Below are positions 39,863 through 49,906 of a stretch of DNA of 64,000 nucleotides, in pieces. The stretch's first letter is position 1, and each line of letters opens with the position of its first letter. The notes under the pieces are model-generated. The model worked only from the letters and a program-made list of their open reading frames with translations. It was not told the origin of the DNA and ran no database searches. The translations under genes were made by a program, and so were the position numbers. The stretch lies in NCBI GenBank assembly GCA_028708575.1, contig JAQVYQ010000001.1, positions 116 to 64,115 on the forward strand, read 5' to 3'. The stretch comes from Tissierellia bacterium. Lineage in GTDB: Bacteria > Bacillota > Clostridia > Tissierellales > Tissierellaceae.

Positions 39863-42800
39863 TTGAAGCTAATTGAAAAAATTAAAAATAGATACAATAT
39901 AGTTTCAATTATTTTGCTTTTATTAGTGATGCTTTTAGTATCACAATTATCCATATTGACTATTGCTCAAGGAGATTATTATAGAGATATTTCTGATAAC
40001 AAGAGATTAAAAGAGGTTTATACGACAGCTCCAAGAGGTGAAATAAGGGACAGGTACGGCAGACTTCTTGCTGGGAATAAACCTAGCTTTACTGTTCAGA
40101 TTCTTAAAGATGAAATAAACACATTGGATCAAGTTAAAAAGAATGATGGAGTATTAAAATTAGTTAGATTATTAGAAGAAGATGGAGTAAGATATGAGGA
40201 TGAATATCCATTATCCATTAATGTCTTTAAATATAGAAATGAAAGTGATTATTATAGTAACGATTTAGAACCAATGAATAATGTAATAGATATAATAGTC
40301 AAAAATAATTTATTACCAGAAATATTGAATCTGTATTATATTCATGAAGGCTATGAAGATCACTATCAGTTTATCGCAATAAACAAAGCAATAAACGCAT
40401 TAAAAAGTAAAAACATTAAAGTCCCAATTGAAACTTACTTAGATGAAAGCGGACTTAAATTACAATACAATATTACTGACAATATTGAAAATTGGAAGAA
40501 TGAAAATGATATTCCACTAGAGTATACTCCAATCCAATCTTTATTAAAACTTATAGATAATGACAAAACTATAATAAGAAAAATTATCGATCATCCCATA
40601 AGTAGACTTATGGTATATAACTTAATAGCTAGTAAAGGATTAGCAGGAAGTTTAGCTCTTGATGAATATTCTTTAACTTATTATGAAGAATATTTAAGTC
40701 AAAAAAGATCTTTGATGAATAAATATAATAATATTACAATGGAAACCAGTGCAAAAGAAGATTTTGTTAACATATTTATTGAAACTTCAATAAATTCTTT
40801 TTTAGATAAAATCATTACTGATGAAAAAAATAGCGTTAGTATTATTCCAGGGAATGTATTAATACAATTATTAGAAGGTAAAGGCGTAGAAGTAAATATA
40901 GACGTTGAAGTAACTGAAAATTATGATAGAATTATATACAAATATTCAGGAGTAGAAGATATAGGCAATAAAAGCCCGAAAGATGTTTTAATTAGTATTG
41001 CTAAAGAACATGATGTCTTGACTGAATTTATTACAATGGATTACGTTAAAGGACATGCTCAAAGCCAATTATTATCTGATGGAGTAAATCCGAAAATTTC
41101 TATAGCTGATGATTTTGAATATGTGGCTATTAACAATTTAATGAACTGGTATACAGAAAATGGTATAGATGAAGATAAATCAGTGGAAGATGCCTTCCTG
41201 AAAATAAGAGAAAATTATAATATAGATAGCAATTTAAGTAAATATGAAGCCAGATCTATGCTTGTTATTTATGATCAAATTATTAAACAAGGTCATTTAG
41301 CGTATCAGCCTATTAATCTGGCATATGGTATCAAAGAGTCAACAGTTGCAAAAATTGAAGAAAGACTTATTGACATGCCTGGTGTAGATGTATCAATCGA
41401 ACCGGTCAGATACTATCCTGAAGGTGCGACTGCTGCACATATATTAGGGTATTTGGGGAAGATTAGCCAAGCTAGTGAAATACAAAAATACATAGAAGAT
41501 ATAGGTTATTCTCCAAGTGCTATTATAGGTAAAACAGGTATTGAAGAAAGTTATGAAGATGTATTAAGTGGTGAAAGTGGTATTAAAAAAGTTGAGGTTG
41601 ACTCAATAGGAAATACAACGAATGTATTAGAAGAAATAGAGCCTATACCTGGAGACAATGTATACCTTTCTATTGACCTAGAAGTTCAAAAGGTTGCTGA
41701 AGCATCTTTAAAGCAAACCCTTGAACAACTTCAAGTAGGTGGTACTTATGAAAGCAAATGGGGAGATTTCAAATTTGGAATCAATAAATCTAAAAGGAAA
41801 CCCTATGATAATGCTACATCTGGTGCTACAGTAGCAATAGATGTAAAAACTGGACAAGTAATTGCAATGGCAAGTTACCCGTCATATAATCCAAACCTTT
41901 TTTCTACGGGTATATCAAGCACGGATTGGGAAAGTTTATTTCCTGAAGATGAGCTAAATCCATTAGCACCTAGACCATTATATAATATCGCTACTCAGAC
42001 AGCAATACAGCCAGGTTCGACTTTTAAAATGGTTACTGCTTTAGCAGCCTTAGATAAAGGCTTAGATCCAAAAACAAAGATAAGGGATATGGGTTATGTA
42101 ACTGTTGGAACTAGCAAGTTTAGATGCTTAATTTGGACTACTAGCGGTAGAACTCATGGCTATGAAAATGTTGCTGAAGCCTTAAGAGATTCATGTAACT
42201 ATTTCTTTTATACTTTAGCGATAGGATACAATCAAAGAACAGGCCAATCAATAGGAGTGAAACTTGAGATTGAAGATATAGTTAATTTATCAAAACAACT
42301 TGGATTAAATGACAAATCAGGGATTGAAATAAATGTACCATCTGAATTTTCTGGTGGTGTCCCAGATCCACAGCAAAAAACTATCACAACAAAATATTTA
42401 TTAAGACAATATTTAGTCGGGAATATTGAAAAGTATCTAAAAGATGGTGTATTATTAGAACAAGAAGAAAAGGATTCTATAATTGAAGAAATTCTTACTT
42501 GGATTGAGTATGAAGAGCCCATAACAAGAAATGAAGTAAGACGTAGACTAGATAAATTAGGAATAGACCCTGATAAGAGACTCCCTGGTGAAAGAAACAG
42601 CTTAACTGATAAGATAAAATATACTTATTTAAATCAAGTTGGTTGGAACCTTTCTGATACCCTAAATGTTACTATAGGACAGGGCTTAAATGCTTATACA
42701 ACAATCCAAATGGCAAATTTCATTTCAACCCTTTCTAATGGAGGCTATAGACACGAAGTATCTCTGATTGAAAGTGTTAAGAATTATAATAATACTATTT

Positions 42801-43195
42801 CAAAATATGAACATGAGGCAAACCCTGAAAGAATTGTTCTTAATGATTATGAAAACTTAGAACATGTAAAGAAAGGAATGGGAATGGTATCATCAGAAGG
42901 GACAGCGAGGAGTATATTTAGAAATTTCCCTGTGAATGTAGCCTCAAAGACTGGTACAGCCCAAAGAAGCGGTGTAAATCCTTCAACTGGAGAAAATTTT
43001 GATGATTTTGCGTGGTTTGTAGCTTTTGCTCCATATGAAGACCCTGAGATTGCTATTGCAACTGTTTTATTTCAAGGAGGGAGTGGTGGATATGCAGGTC
43101 CCCTTTCTAGAGATATAATTGCTGAATATTTGGGTTTAAATAATGTAGAATCAAATAATACTCTACCACATGAAAATATTTTAATTAATGAATGA
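39863..43195 (+). CDS. mrdA: Class B penicillin-binding protein 2 with large insertions
   Basis: APRGEIRDRYG, RYYP, GKTGIE, GSTFK (SxxK), SCN, IGQG, KTGTAQ. Confidence 0.92.
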   Translation: MKLIEKIKNRYNIVSIILLLLVMLLVSQLSILTIAQGDYYRDISDNKRLKEVYTTAPRGEIRDRYGRLLAGNKPSFTVQILKDEINTLDQVKKNDGVLKLVRLLEEDGVRYEDEYPLSINVFKYRNESDYYSNDLEPMNNVIDIIVKNNLLPEILNLYYIHEGYEDHYQFIAINKAINALKSKNIKVPIETYLDESGLKLQYNITDNIENWKNENDIPLEYTPIQSLLKLIDNDKTIIRKIIDHPISRLMVYNLIASKGLAGSLALDEYSLTYYEEYLSQKRSLMNKYNNITMETSAKEDFVNIFIETSINSFLDKIITDEKNSVSIIPGNVLIQLLEGKGVEVNIDVEVTENYDRIIYKYSGVEDIGNKSPKDVLISIAKEHDVLTEFITMDYVKGHAQSQLLSDGVNPKISIADDFEYVAINNLMNWYTENGIDEDKSVEDAFLKIRENYNIDSNLSKYEARSMLVIYDQIIKQGHLAYQPINLAYGIKESTVAKIEERLIDMPGVDVSIEPVRYYPEGATAAHILGYLGKISQASEIQKYIEDIGYSPSAIIGKTGIEESYEDVLSGESGIKKVEVDSIGNTTNVLEEIEPIPGDNVYLSIDLEVQKVAEASLKQTLEQLQVGGTYESKWGDFKFGINKSKRKPYDNATSGATVAIDVKTGQVIAMASYPSYNPNLFSTGISSTDWESLFPEDELNPLAPRPLYNIATQTAIQPGSTFKMVTALAALDKGLDPKTKIRDMGYVTVGTSKFRCLIWTTSGRTHGYENVAEALRDSCNYFFYTLAIGYNQRTGQSIGVKLEIEDIVNLSKQLGLNDKSGIEINVPSEFSGGVPDPQQKTITTKYLLRQYLVGNIEKYLKDGVLLEQEEKDSIIEEILTWIEYEEPITRNEVRRRLDKLGIDPDKRLPGERNSLTDKIKYTYLNQVGWNLSDTLNVTIGQGLNAYTTIQMANFISTLSNGGYRHEVSLIESVKNYNNTISKYEHEANPERIVLNDYENLEHVKKGMGMVSSEGTARSIFRNFPVNVASKTGTAQRSGVNPSTGENFDDFAWFVAFAPYEDPEIAIATVLFQGGSGGYAGPLSRDIIAEYLGLNNVESNNTLPHENILINE

Positions 43196-43258
43196 TATAA
43201 TAAAAATTATTAACAAATGTAGAATTATTTAAAGATGGTATTTATGGAGGGTAAAGAC

Positions 43259-43906
43259 TTGAAAAGGGATTTAGTAGCGTTTAAAGGTGTTTCAGAAGGT
43301 GTTTATTTAGATGTTGTAGGTAACGACCTTAAAGCTATAAAAGATGAGTTAAATACAAAATTAGTAAGCTCTTCTAATTTTTTTAAAGGTGCTAAATTTT
43401 TAGGGGTTAGAAGTGATGAATTAAGTAAAGACGAAATAATAGAGATAAAGTTGACTTTAAAATACAAATATGAAATGAATATCTCTAATGATGGAATACC
43501 AGAATACATCGAAGAATACTATTCTGAAAACAAGAATGATACAAGCACTGAACCTTTTGAGGGAATACAAGAGGGTATGACAAAGTTTGTTCATGGCACT
43601 CTTAGAAGTGGACAAGAAGTAGAATTTAATGGTAATATTGTAATAATAGGTGATGTAAATCCAGGAGCTTTTCTAAAAGCAAAAGGAAACATAATTGTTT
43701 TAGGATCTTTAAGGGGAGTAGCTCATGCTGGCATTGGTGGCAATTATGATTCTATAGTAGCAGCATATAATTTATTGCCTATGCAGTTAAGGATTGGAGA
43801 TATTATTGCAAGACCTCCAGATGACGATATACAGTATAAATTACCAGAAGTAGCAAGGATAATTCAGGGGGAAGTATTTATAGAACCATACTTACCTAAT
43901 AAATAG
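43259..43906 (+). CDS. minC: Septum site-determining protein MinC
   Basis: TLRSGQ, GDVNPGA, GNIIVLGSLRGVAHAG; GGAGGG RBS before TTG 43259. Confidence 0.93.
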   Translation: MKRDLVAFKGVSEGVYLDVVGNDLKAIKDELNTKLVSSSNFFKGAKFLGVRSDELSKDEIIEIKLTLKYKYEMNISNDGIPEYIEEYYSENKNDTSTEPFEGIQEGMTKFVHGTLRSGQEVEFNGNIVIIGDVNPGAFLKAKGNIIVLGSLRGVAHAGIGGNYDSIVAAYNLLPMQLRIGDIIARPPDDDIQYKLPEVARIIQGEVFIEPYLPNK

Positions 43907-43921
43907 TAGGGGGAAAAGTTT

Positions 43922-44734
43922 ATGGATGATCAAAAAAAGGGAAAAGCGATTGTTATTACTTCAGGAAAAGGCGGTGTAGGTAAGACTACAACAAGTGCAA
44001 ATATAGGAACTGGATTGGCAATGAATGGAAATTCAGTTGTAATATTAGATGCAGACATAGGTTTAAGAAATCTTGATGTGGTTATGGGGCTTGAAAATAG
44101 AATTGTATATGATATCGTAGACGTAGTTGAAAAAAATTGTAGATTAAAACAGGCTCTTATAAAGGATAAAAGATTTGAAAAATTATTCCTGCTACCTGCT
44201 GCACAAACAAGGGATAAAACTGCAATTAAACCTGAACAAATGATAGAACTAATTGATGAATTAAAAAAAGATTATGATTATATAATCATAGATTGTCCTG
44301 CTGGTATAGAGCAAGGGTTCCAATATTCAATTGCAGGAGCTGATGAAGCTATTATAGTTACAACTCCAGAAATATCTGCAGTAAGAGATGCTGATAGAGT
44401 AATAGGAATATTGGAAGCAAAAGAAATACATAACCCAAAACTAATTATTAACAGAATTAGGCCTGATATGGTTAAAAAAGGCGATATGATGAATATTGAT
44501 GATATTGTGGATATTTTAGCAATTGATTTATTAGGTATTGTACCTGACGATGAAGCTATTGTTATATCTACTAATAAAGGAGAACCTGTTGTAATGGAAG
44601 AAAAAGCATTAGCAGGACAAGCATATAAGAATATTACAAACAGGATTATGGGTGAAGAAGTTGGATTATTAAACCTTGAAACTGAAGAAGAAGGCAAGCT
44701 TAGTAAAATATTGAAGTTAATATTTGGTAAATAA
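43922..44734 (+). CDS. minD: Septum site-determining ATPase MinD
   Basis: SGKGGVGKTTT, DIGLRNLD, DCPAGIE, VRDADR. Confidence 0.97.
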   Translation: MDDQKKGKAIVITSGKGGVGKTTTSANIGTGLAMNGNSVVILDADIGLRNLDVVMGLENRIVYDIVDVVEKNCRLKQALIKDKRFEKLFLLPAAQTRDKTAIKPEQMIELIDELKKDYDYIIIDCPAGIEQGFQYSIAGADEAIIVTTPEISAVRDADRVIGILEAKEIHNPKLIINRIRPDMVKKGDMMNIDDIVDILAIDLLGIVPDDEAIVISTNKGEPVVMEEKALAGQAYKNITNRIMGEEVGLLNLETEEEGKLSKILKLIFGK

Positions 44735-44745
44735 GGAGGGATATC

Positions 44746-45021
44746 ATGGATTTATTCGGTTTGTTTGGAAAAAGAAAAGAACAGAGTAAAAATGTTGCAA
44801 AAGAAAGATTGAAATTAGTCTTAGTTCATGATAGAGCTGACTTATCTCCAAAATTATTAGAAATGATGAAAAGTGATATCATCAGAGTAATTTCAGAATA
44901 TGCTGAGATTGATAAGAATGGAATTGATATAAAACTTACAAGAATGAAAAAAGAAGGAGAGAATTCACCAGTATCTGCACTAGTTGCAAATATTCCTATA
45001 ATAAAAGTAAAAGATAAGTAA
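44746..45021 (+). CDS. minE: Cell division topological specificity factor MinE
   Basis: SKNVAKERLKLVLVHDR, ANIPI. Confidence 0.95.
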   Translation: MDLFGLFGKRKEQSKNVAKERLKLVLVHDRADLSPKLLEMMKSDIIRVISEYAEIDKNGIDIKLTRMKKEGENSPVSALVANIPIIKVKDK

Positions 45022-45028
45022 ACTAGCT

Positions 45029-45056
45029 AAAGAACTCTAACATTGTTAGGGCTTTT
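45029..45056 (+). terminator. Probable terminator after minE
   Basis: CTCTAAC-att-GTTAGGG followed by CTTTT. Confidence 0.55.
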
Positions 45057-45112
45057 ATATCAAATAGTATTGCCTATCTTATAAAACTTGCAATTTATGT
45101 AAATTATTATAA

Positions 45113-45148
45113 AAAAGAGCTACATCTAATATTTTTAGGAGCTCTTTT
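45113..45148. terminator. Second hairpin in the minE-M23 spacer
   Basis: AAAAGAGCT...CTAA-tattt-TTAG...AGCTCTTTT. Confidence 0.45.
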
Positions 45149-45213
45149 ATTACTTTATGGAATAAAATCTACCTTATAGAAATATCATATTAGTAAATAA
45201 GGTAGGTGAAAAC

Positions 45214-45885
45214 ATGAAAAACAAAGTACAAAGTCCTGTAATTCTGAATAAAGTTAATATAATGAAATTTTTTAAGCGATTGCTTTATAAATCATTAGTT
45301 GTACTAGCTATTATATTTATTTTAGCAATCATACAAAAACTAAATTTTGCAAGTACAAATAATCTTTTAGAAGGTTTAAAGAATAATGTTGAATACGAAT
45401 ACGATATAGTGCAGGATAGCAAAGTAATTTATAATAATGTGAGAAATTTTATTGATGCATCATTACAAACTGTAGAAGTTTTTACAGGTTCTACTGGGAA
45501 GTATGATTCACCAGTGGTTGGTACTATTCACAGGACATATGATCAGTTATTATTAATTAATGGGGAAAAAGTAAGAAATGGTGGAGTAGATATTAAGGTA
45601 TCAAACGAAGCAGAACCGAAATCAATAATAAGTGGGATAGTATCAGAAGTATATGAAAATGATAATAAAGGCTATTATGTTATGATCCAAAACGAAGGAT
45701 TAGAACTTACTTATGGATATTTGTCAGCTTCTTATGTAAAAGAAGGTGATATTGTAAAAACTGGTCAAATAATAGGTCGCACAGGAACTAGTAAGGATGG
45801 GAATTATTATCTAAGAATAGAGCTTACCGTTAATGGTAAAGAAGTTGATCCAGTAGATTATATTAACTTTCCAAAAAGTATATAA
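45214..45885 (+). CDS. M23 peptidase-fold membrane protein, probably inactive (SpoIVFA-like)
   Basis: N-terminal TM; SPVVG, VKEGDIVKTGQIIG, VDPVDY; zinc ligands replaced (RNGGVD for HxxxD, YGYL for HxH). Confidence 0.75.
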   Translation: MKNKVQSPVILNKVNIMKFFKRLLYKSLVVLAIIFILAIIQKLNFASTNNLLEGLKNNVEYEYDIVQDSKVIYNNVRNFIDASLQTVEVFTGSTGKYDSPVVGTIHRTYDQLLLINGEKVRNGGVDIKVSNEAEPKSIISGIVSEVYENDNKGYYVMIQNEGLELTYGYLSASYVKEGDIVKTGQIIGRTGTSKDGNYYLRIELTVNGKEVDPVDYINFPKSI

Positions 45886-45892
45886 TGAAAAG

Positions 45893-45923
45893 AAGCCTTG
45901 TTTATAAAAGGCTTTATTTTTTT
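45893..45923 (+). terminator. Terminator after the M23 gene
   Basis: AAGCCTT-gtttataa-AAGGCTT-TATTTTTTT. Confidence 0.7.
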
Positions 45924-45998
45924 ATTAAAGGTTTAATATGAATTATGTTCAAATTTCACATAAAAAATGATAATATAGAATGTGAATACAAATGAAAG

Positions 45999-47852
45999 GT
46001 GAATACTATGATAAATAAGCTGAAGTTGGATAAAGTACTGATGAAGGTTGAAAAACCAGCAAGATATATTGGTATGGAGAAGAACTCCTATAAAAAGGAT
46101 TTAAATAAAGTGAACGTTAAATTTGCATTTTCATTTCCTGATGTATATGAAGTAGGTATGTCACATTTAGGTTTGCAAATTATATATAATTTAATAAATA
46201 GTGTGGAGAGCTTTGCATGTGAAAGAGTATTTGCACCATGGGTAGATATGGAAAGAGAAATGCGTAAAGAAGGAATTCCATTATATTCTCTTGAAAGCAA
46301 AGAAGAAGTTAAGAATTTTGATTTTTTAGGTTTTACACTTCAATATGAAATGAGTTATACAAATATATTAAATATACTTGATCTTTCTCATATACCATTT
46401 AATTCCAAAGATAGAGATGAAAGTTTTCCGATTATAATTGCTGGAGGATCTTGTGCGTATAATCCAGAGCCATTAGCAAACTTTTTTGACTTATTTGTTA
46501 TTGGGGAAGGGGAAGAGGTTATATTAGAATTATTAAATCTTTATGATGAACTAAAAAAAGGGCCTTATAGTAAAGATTCTTTTTTAATGGAAGCGTCAAA
46601 GATAGAGGGAGTTTATGTACCCAAATTCTATAATGTTTCCTATAATGAAGATGGAACAATTAATGAAATGTACCCTCTTGTTGCTAATCTACCAAAGGTA
46701 ATAAATAAAAGGTATGTTATAGACCTAGATAGGATGTACACGCCTGATAAATTGATTGTACCTTATATTGATACAGTGCATGACAGAATAGCTCTGGAGC
46801 TTTTTAGGGGCTGTACAAGGGGATGTAGATTTTGCCAAGCAGGAATTCTATATAGGCCAATAAGGGAAAAATCAGTTGAGAACTTAGTGAAAATTTCAGA
46901 AAACCTAGTTAATAACACAGGATATGATTCGATTTCATTAATGTCCTTAAGTTCTTGTGATTATTCACAGCTATTGCTATTGACAAAGGAACTAATGAGA
47001 AAGTATGAAGACAAAAAAATCGGCCTATCTTTGCCATCATTGAGACTGGATTCCTTTAGTATTGATATATTGAAAGAAATTGAAAAGGTAAGAAAAAGTG
47101 GATTAACATTTGCTCCTGAGGCAGGAAGCCAAAGATTGAGGGATGTAATAAATAAAGGTGTTACAGAAGACGATTTAGTTAATGCTGTTACTTACGCATT
47201 TGAAGAAGGTTGGTCAAGGGTCAAGCTATATTTTATGATTGGATTACCTACTGAAACAGATGAAGATATTATGGGAATAAAGGACTTAGCTTATCTTGTT
47301 AAAGATATATTTTTTAATAGACCAAATGAAGAAAGAAAAGGTAATTTTAAGGTGACAGCTAGTGCATCATGTTTTGTACCCAAGCCTTTTACTCCTTTTC
47401 AATGGTACGGCCAAGATACAATTGATGAATTCTTGAGAAAAATATATATGGTGAAAAATAGTATTAAGGATAAAAAAGTTGTTTTTAATTATCATGATGC
47501 AGACTTGAGTTATATCGAGGCAATATTTGCTAGAGGCGATAGACGCCTTTCAGATTTGTTAGTTAATGCTTGGAGAAAAGGCTGTAAATTTGATGGGTGG
47601 TCAGATTTATTTAGATATGATTTATGGTTAGAAGCTTTAGAAGAATCTAATATAGATGGAAGCTTTTATGCAAATAGAACTAGGGATATAAATGAAGTTT
47701 TGCCATGGGATTTTATTAATTCTGGTGTATCAAAAGAGTTTTTGATTAGAGAATATAAAAATGCTATTGATGGTAAGACAACAGATGATTGTAGAAATGG
47801 ATGTAGGGCTTGTGGTATTACAGATTGTTCAATGAGAGGTGCATACAATTGA
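45999..47852 (+). CDS. TIGR03960-type B12-binding radical SAM protein
   Basis: EKPARY, FPDVYEVGMSHLG, CERVFAPWVD, RGCTRGCRFCQAG (CxxxCxxC), FAPEAGSQRLR, KPFTPFQW. Confidence 0.9.
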   Translation: MNTMINKLKLDKVLMKVEKPARYIGMEKNSYKKDLNKVNVKFAFSFPDVYEVGMSHLGLQIIYNLINSVESFACERVFAPWVDMEREMRKEGIPLYSLESKEEVKNFDFLGFTLQYEMSYTNILNILDLSHIPFNSKDRDESFPIIIAGGSCAYNPEPLANFFDLFVIGEGEEVILELLNLYDELKKGPYSKDSFLMEASKIEGVYVPKFYNVSYNEDGTINEMYPLVANLPKVINKRYVIDLDRMYTPDKLIVPYIDTVHDRIALELFRGCTRGCRFCQAGILYRPIREKSVENLVKISENLVNNTGYDSISLMSLSSCDYSQLLLLTKELMRKYEDKKIGLSLPSLRLDSFSIDILKEIEKVRKSGLTFAPEAGSQRLRDVINKGVTEDDLVNAVTYAFEEGWSRVKLYFMIGLPTETDEDIMGIKDLAYLVKDIFFNRPNEERKGNFKVTASASCFVPKPFTPFQWYGQDTIDEFLRKIYMVKNSIKDKKVVFNYHDADLSYIEAIFARGDRRLSDLLVNAWRKGCKFDGWSDLFRYDLWLEALEESNIDGSFYANRTRDINEVLPWDFINSGVSKEFLIREYKNAIDGKTTDDCRNGCRACGITDCSMRGAYN

Positions 47853-48550
47853 TAATCAGAGCAAAATTCACTAAGAGAAATTATTTAAAATATTTATCTC
47901 ATTTGGATTTAATGAGATTATTTCAAAGGAGTTTTAGTACTATACAAATGCCAATAAAGTATTCCGAAGGGTTTAATCCACATCCTAAATTTTCAATAGC
48001 TAACCCTTTGTCTTTAGGTTTAGAGAGTGAATGTGAATATATGGATATAGATATCACCGAGCATATAGACATTGATGATTTTATAAAAGAAATAAATATG
48101 GTATTGCCTGAGGATATTCAGATAACTAAAGCAATATGCTTAGAAAAAGGAGAAAGTATTTCATCAGTTTTATCATGGGCTTATTATGAGATTAAAGTTG
48201 ATTTAAATCAAGAAGAAAGCGTGGAATCTTTAGAAGAAAGTATTAGTAAATGGTTGAAAAAAGAAGAAGTATTAATAACTAGATTGAAGAAGAAAGGAAA
48301 AAATAAAGTCCCTACGGAAATTAACATAGTACCACTTCTTGGTAATATAACAATAAAAGGGCTTGATGAAAACAATTATATTGTAATTAATGCCTTATTA
48401 AGGACTGGAGAAGGTGGAAATCTAAAACCGGTTCAACTAATGGAAGCTATGAGTAGAGATTTAAACTTAAATTTAGATCTTGATTCTTTGCTAATAAAAA
48501 GAATAGCTTTATATGCGGAAAAAGATAAAAATATTTATTGTCCGCTTTAA
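47849..48550 (+). CDS. TIGR03936-type radical SAM-linked protein
   Basis: YLSHLDLMR, YSEGFNPHPK, LSLGLES, LPEDI; GAGGTG RBS before TTG 47849. Confidence 0.88.
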   Translation: MIIRAKFTKRNYLKYLSHLDLMRLFQRSFSTIQMPIKYSEGFNPHPKFSIANPLSLGLESECEYMDIDITEHIDIDDFIKEINMVLPEDIQITKAICLEKGESISSVLSWAYYEIKVDLNQEESVESLEESISKWLKKEEVLITRLKKKGKNKVPTEINIVPLLGNITIKGLDENNYIVINALLRTGEGGNLKPVQLMEAMSRDLNLNLDLDSLLIKRIALYAEKDKNIYCPL

Positions 48551-48563
48551 CGGAGGAATTGTA

Positions 48564-49799
48564 ATGAATTATATATTTATTGATTCTGATGGGGAAAATA
48601 CAAAAGTAGGAATCGTAGAAGAAGGTAGATTGGCTGAATTTTATTCTGAAGATAATAATAAGGCTGGATTGTATGGCAATGTATATAGGGGAAGAGTGGC
48701 TAATGTCCTAAAAGGCATGGATGCTGCTTTTGTAGATATTGGTCAAGAAAAGAATGCATATTTACACTTAAATGATGCATTACATTTAGATCAGTTATAT
48801 ACAAAAGAGAAATATAACTTAGAAGATGTAATAAGAGGCGGAGAAGAAATAATAGTACAAGTTATTAAGGAACCTCTTGGTACTAAAGGAGCAAAAGTTA
48901 CTACACATATTAGTTTACCTGGCAGGTATTTGGTTTTGACTCCTTATTCAAACAAGATAAATATATCAAAGAAAATCTTAAATAATAATGAAATAAGTAG
49001 ATTGAAGGAAATAGGAAAGAAAATAAGGAAAGATAATATAGGTATTATCTTTAGGACGGTTTCAGTGGGAGTGGATAAAAGCCTTCTTGAGGATGAATAT
49101 CAGGCTCTTATGGAAATATACCAAAAAATAGAAGGCCAAAGAAATTTCTTACCTACTCCTAAACTACTATATAAAGATTTAGATTTAGTGTATCAAATAG
49201 TAAGAGATAAATTTAATGATAGAGATTCAAAGATTATAGTAAATAATAAAGAAATATATAAAAACTTACTATTATTAGATGATTATTTTTTAGATAAATT
49301 GGTGGAAAGAATTGAATTAAATTTAGATTTTTCTGTAGATAATCACATGAGTATTCAAATGGATATCAAAGAAGCATTGGATAGGAAAGTATCCCTAAAA
49401 AGTGGTGGATATATAGTAATTGACGAGACTGAGGCTCTAACAGCTATAGATGTTAATACAGGAAAATACATCGGCGCTTTTTCCTTAGATGATACTGTAC
49501 TTAGAACAAATTTAGAGGCAGCGGTGGAAATTTCTAGGCAGATTAGATTAAGAGATATTGGCGGAATAGTTATTATTGATTTTATAGATATGAAAGATGA
49601 TGAACATATTTCTAATGTATTATCAAAATTATCAAAGGCTTTTAGTAAAGATAGAAATAAACCAGTTATTGTAGATGTAACTAAGTTATGTTTAGTTGAA
49701 ATAACAAGAAAGAAAACAAGACCTACATTAGATTCGCAAGTTACCACAATTTGTCCTACTTGCAATGGAATAGGTAGGGTAAGGATTAATAAGTATTGA
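48564..49799 (+). CDS. RNase E/G family ribonuclease
   Basis: GNVYRGRV, AAFVDIG, KGAKVT, TEALTAIDVNTG, DIGGIVIIDFID, CPTCNG. Confidence 0.92.
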   Translation: MNYIFIDSDGENTKVGIVEEGRLAEFYSEDNNKAGLYGNVYRGRVANVLKGMDAAFVDIGQEKNAYLHLNDALHLDQLYTKEKYNLEDVIRGGEEIIVQVIKEPLGTKGAKVTTHISLPGRYLVLTPYSNKINISKKILNNNEISRLKEIGKKIRKDNIGIIFRTVSVGVDKSLLEDEYQALMEIYQKIEGQRNFLPTPKLLYKDLDLVYQIVRDKFNDRDSKIIVNNKEIYKNLLLLDDYFLDKLVERIELNLDFSVDNHMSIQMDIKEALDRKVSLKSGGYIVIDETEALTAIDVNTGKYIGAFSLDDTVLRTNLEAAVEISRQIRLRDIGGIVIIDFIDMKDDEHISNVLSKLSKAFSKDRNKPVIVDVTKLCLVEITRKKTRPTLDSQVTTICPTCNGIGRVRINKY

Positions 49800-49824
49800 C
49801 ATATTTCAAGGAGTTTGGTAAACT
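49796..49824 (+). promoter_or_regulatory. sigmaA promoter of rplU-prp-rpmA
   Basis: TTGACA-N17-TAAACT with extended TG. Confidence 0.8.
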
Positions 49825-49831
49825 AATTAAA

Positions 49832-49906
49832 TGTAGAGCCGCACAATGTGGGTATTAAAGCATAGTCACCTGACATTGGCGAGACTAGGTTAGAGGAGGT
49901 GCGATT
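49832..49906 (+). ncRNA. Probable L21 leader cis-regulatory RNA
   Basis: GC-richer 5' UTR of rplU with GCCGCAC...CACCT...GGCGAG elements recalled from Firmicute L21 leaders; no covariance test run. Confidence 0.6.

Noticed and set aside
45160-45193. sigmaE sporulation promoter for the M23 gene (CATATTAG -10)
   Set aside because: The -35 element is at the wrong spacing; not supportable
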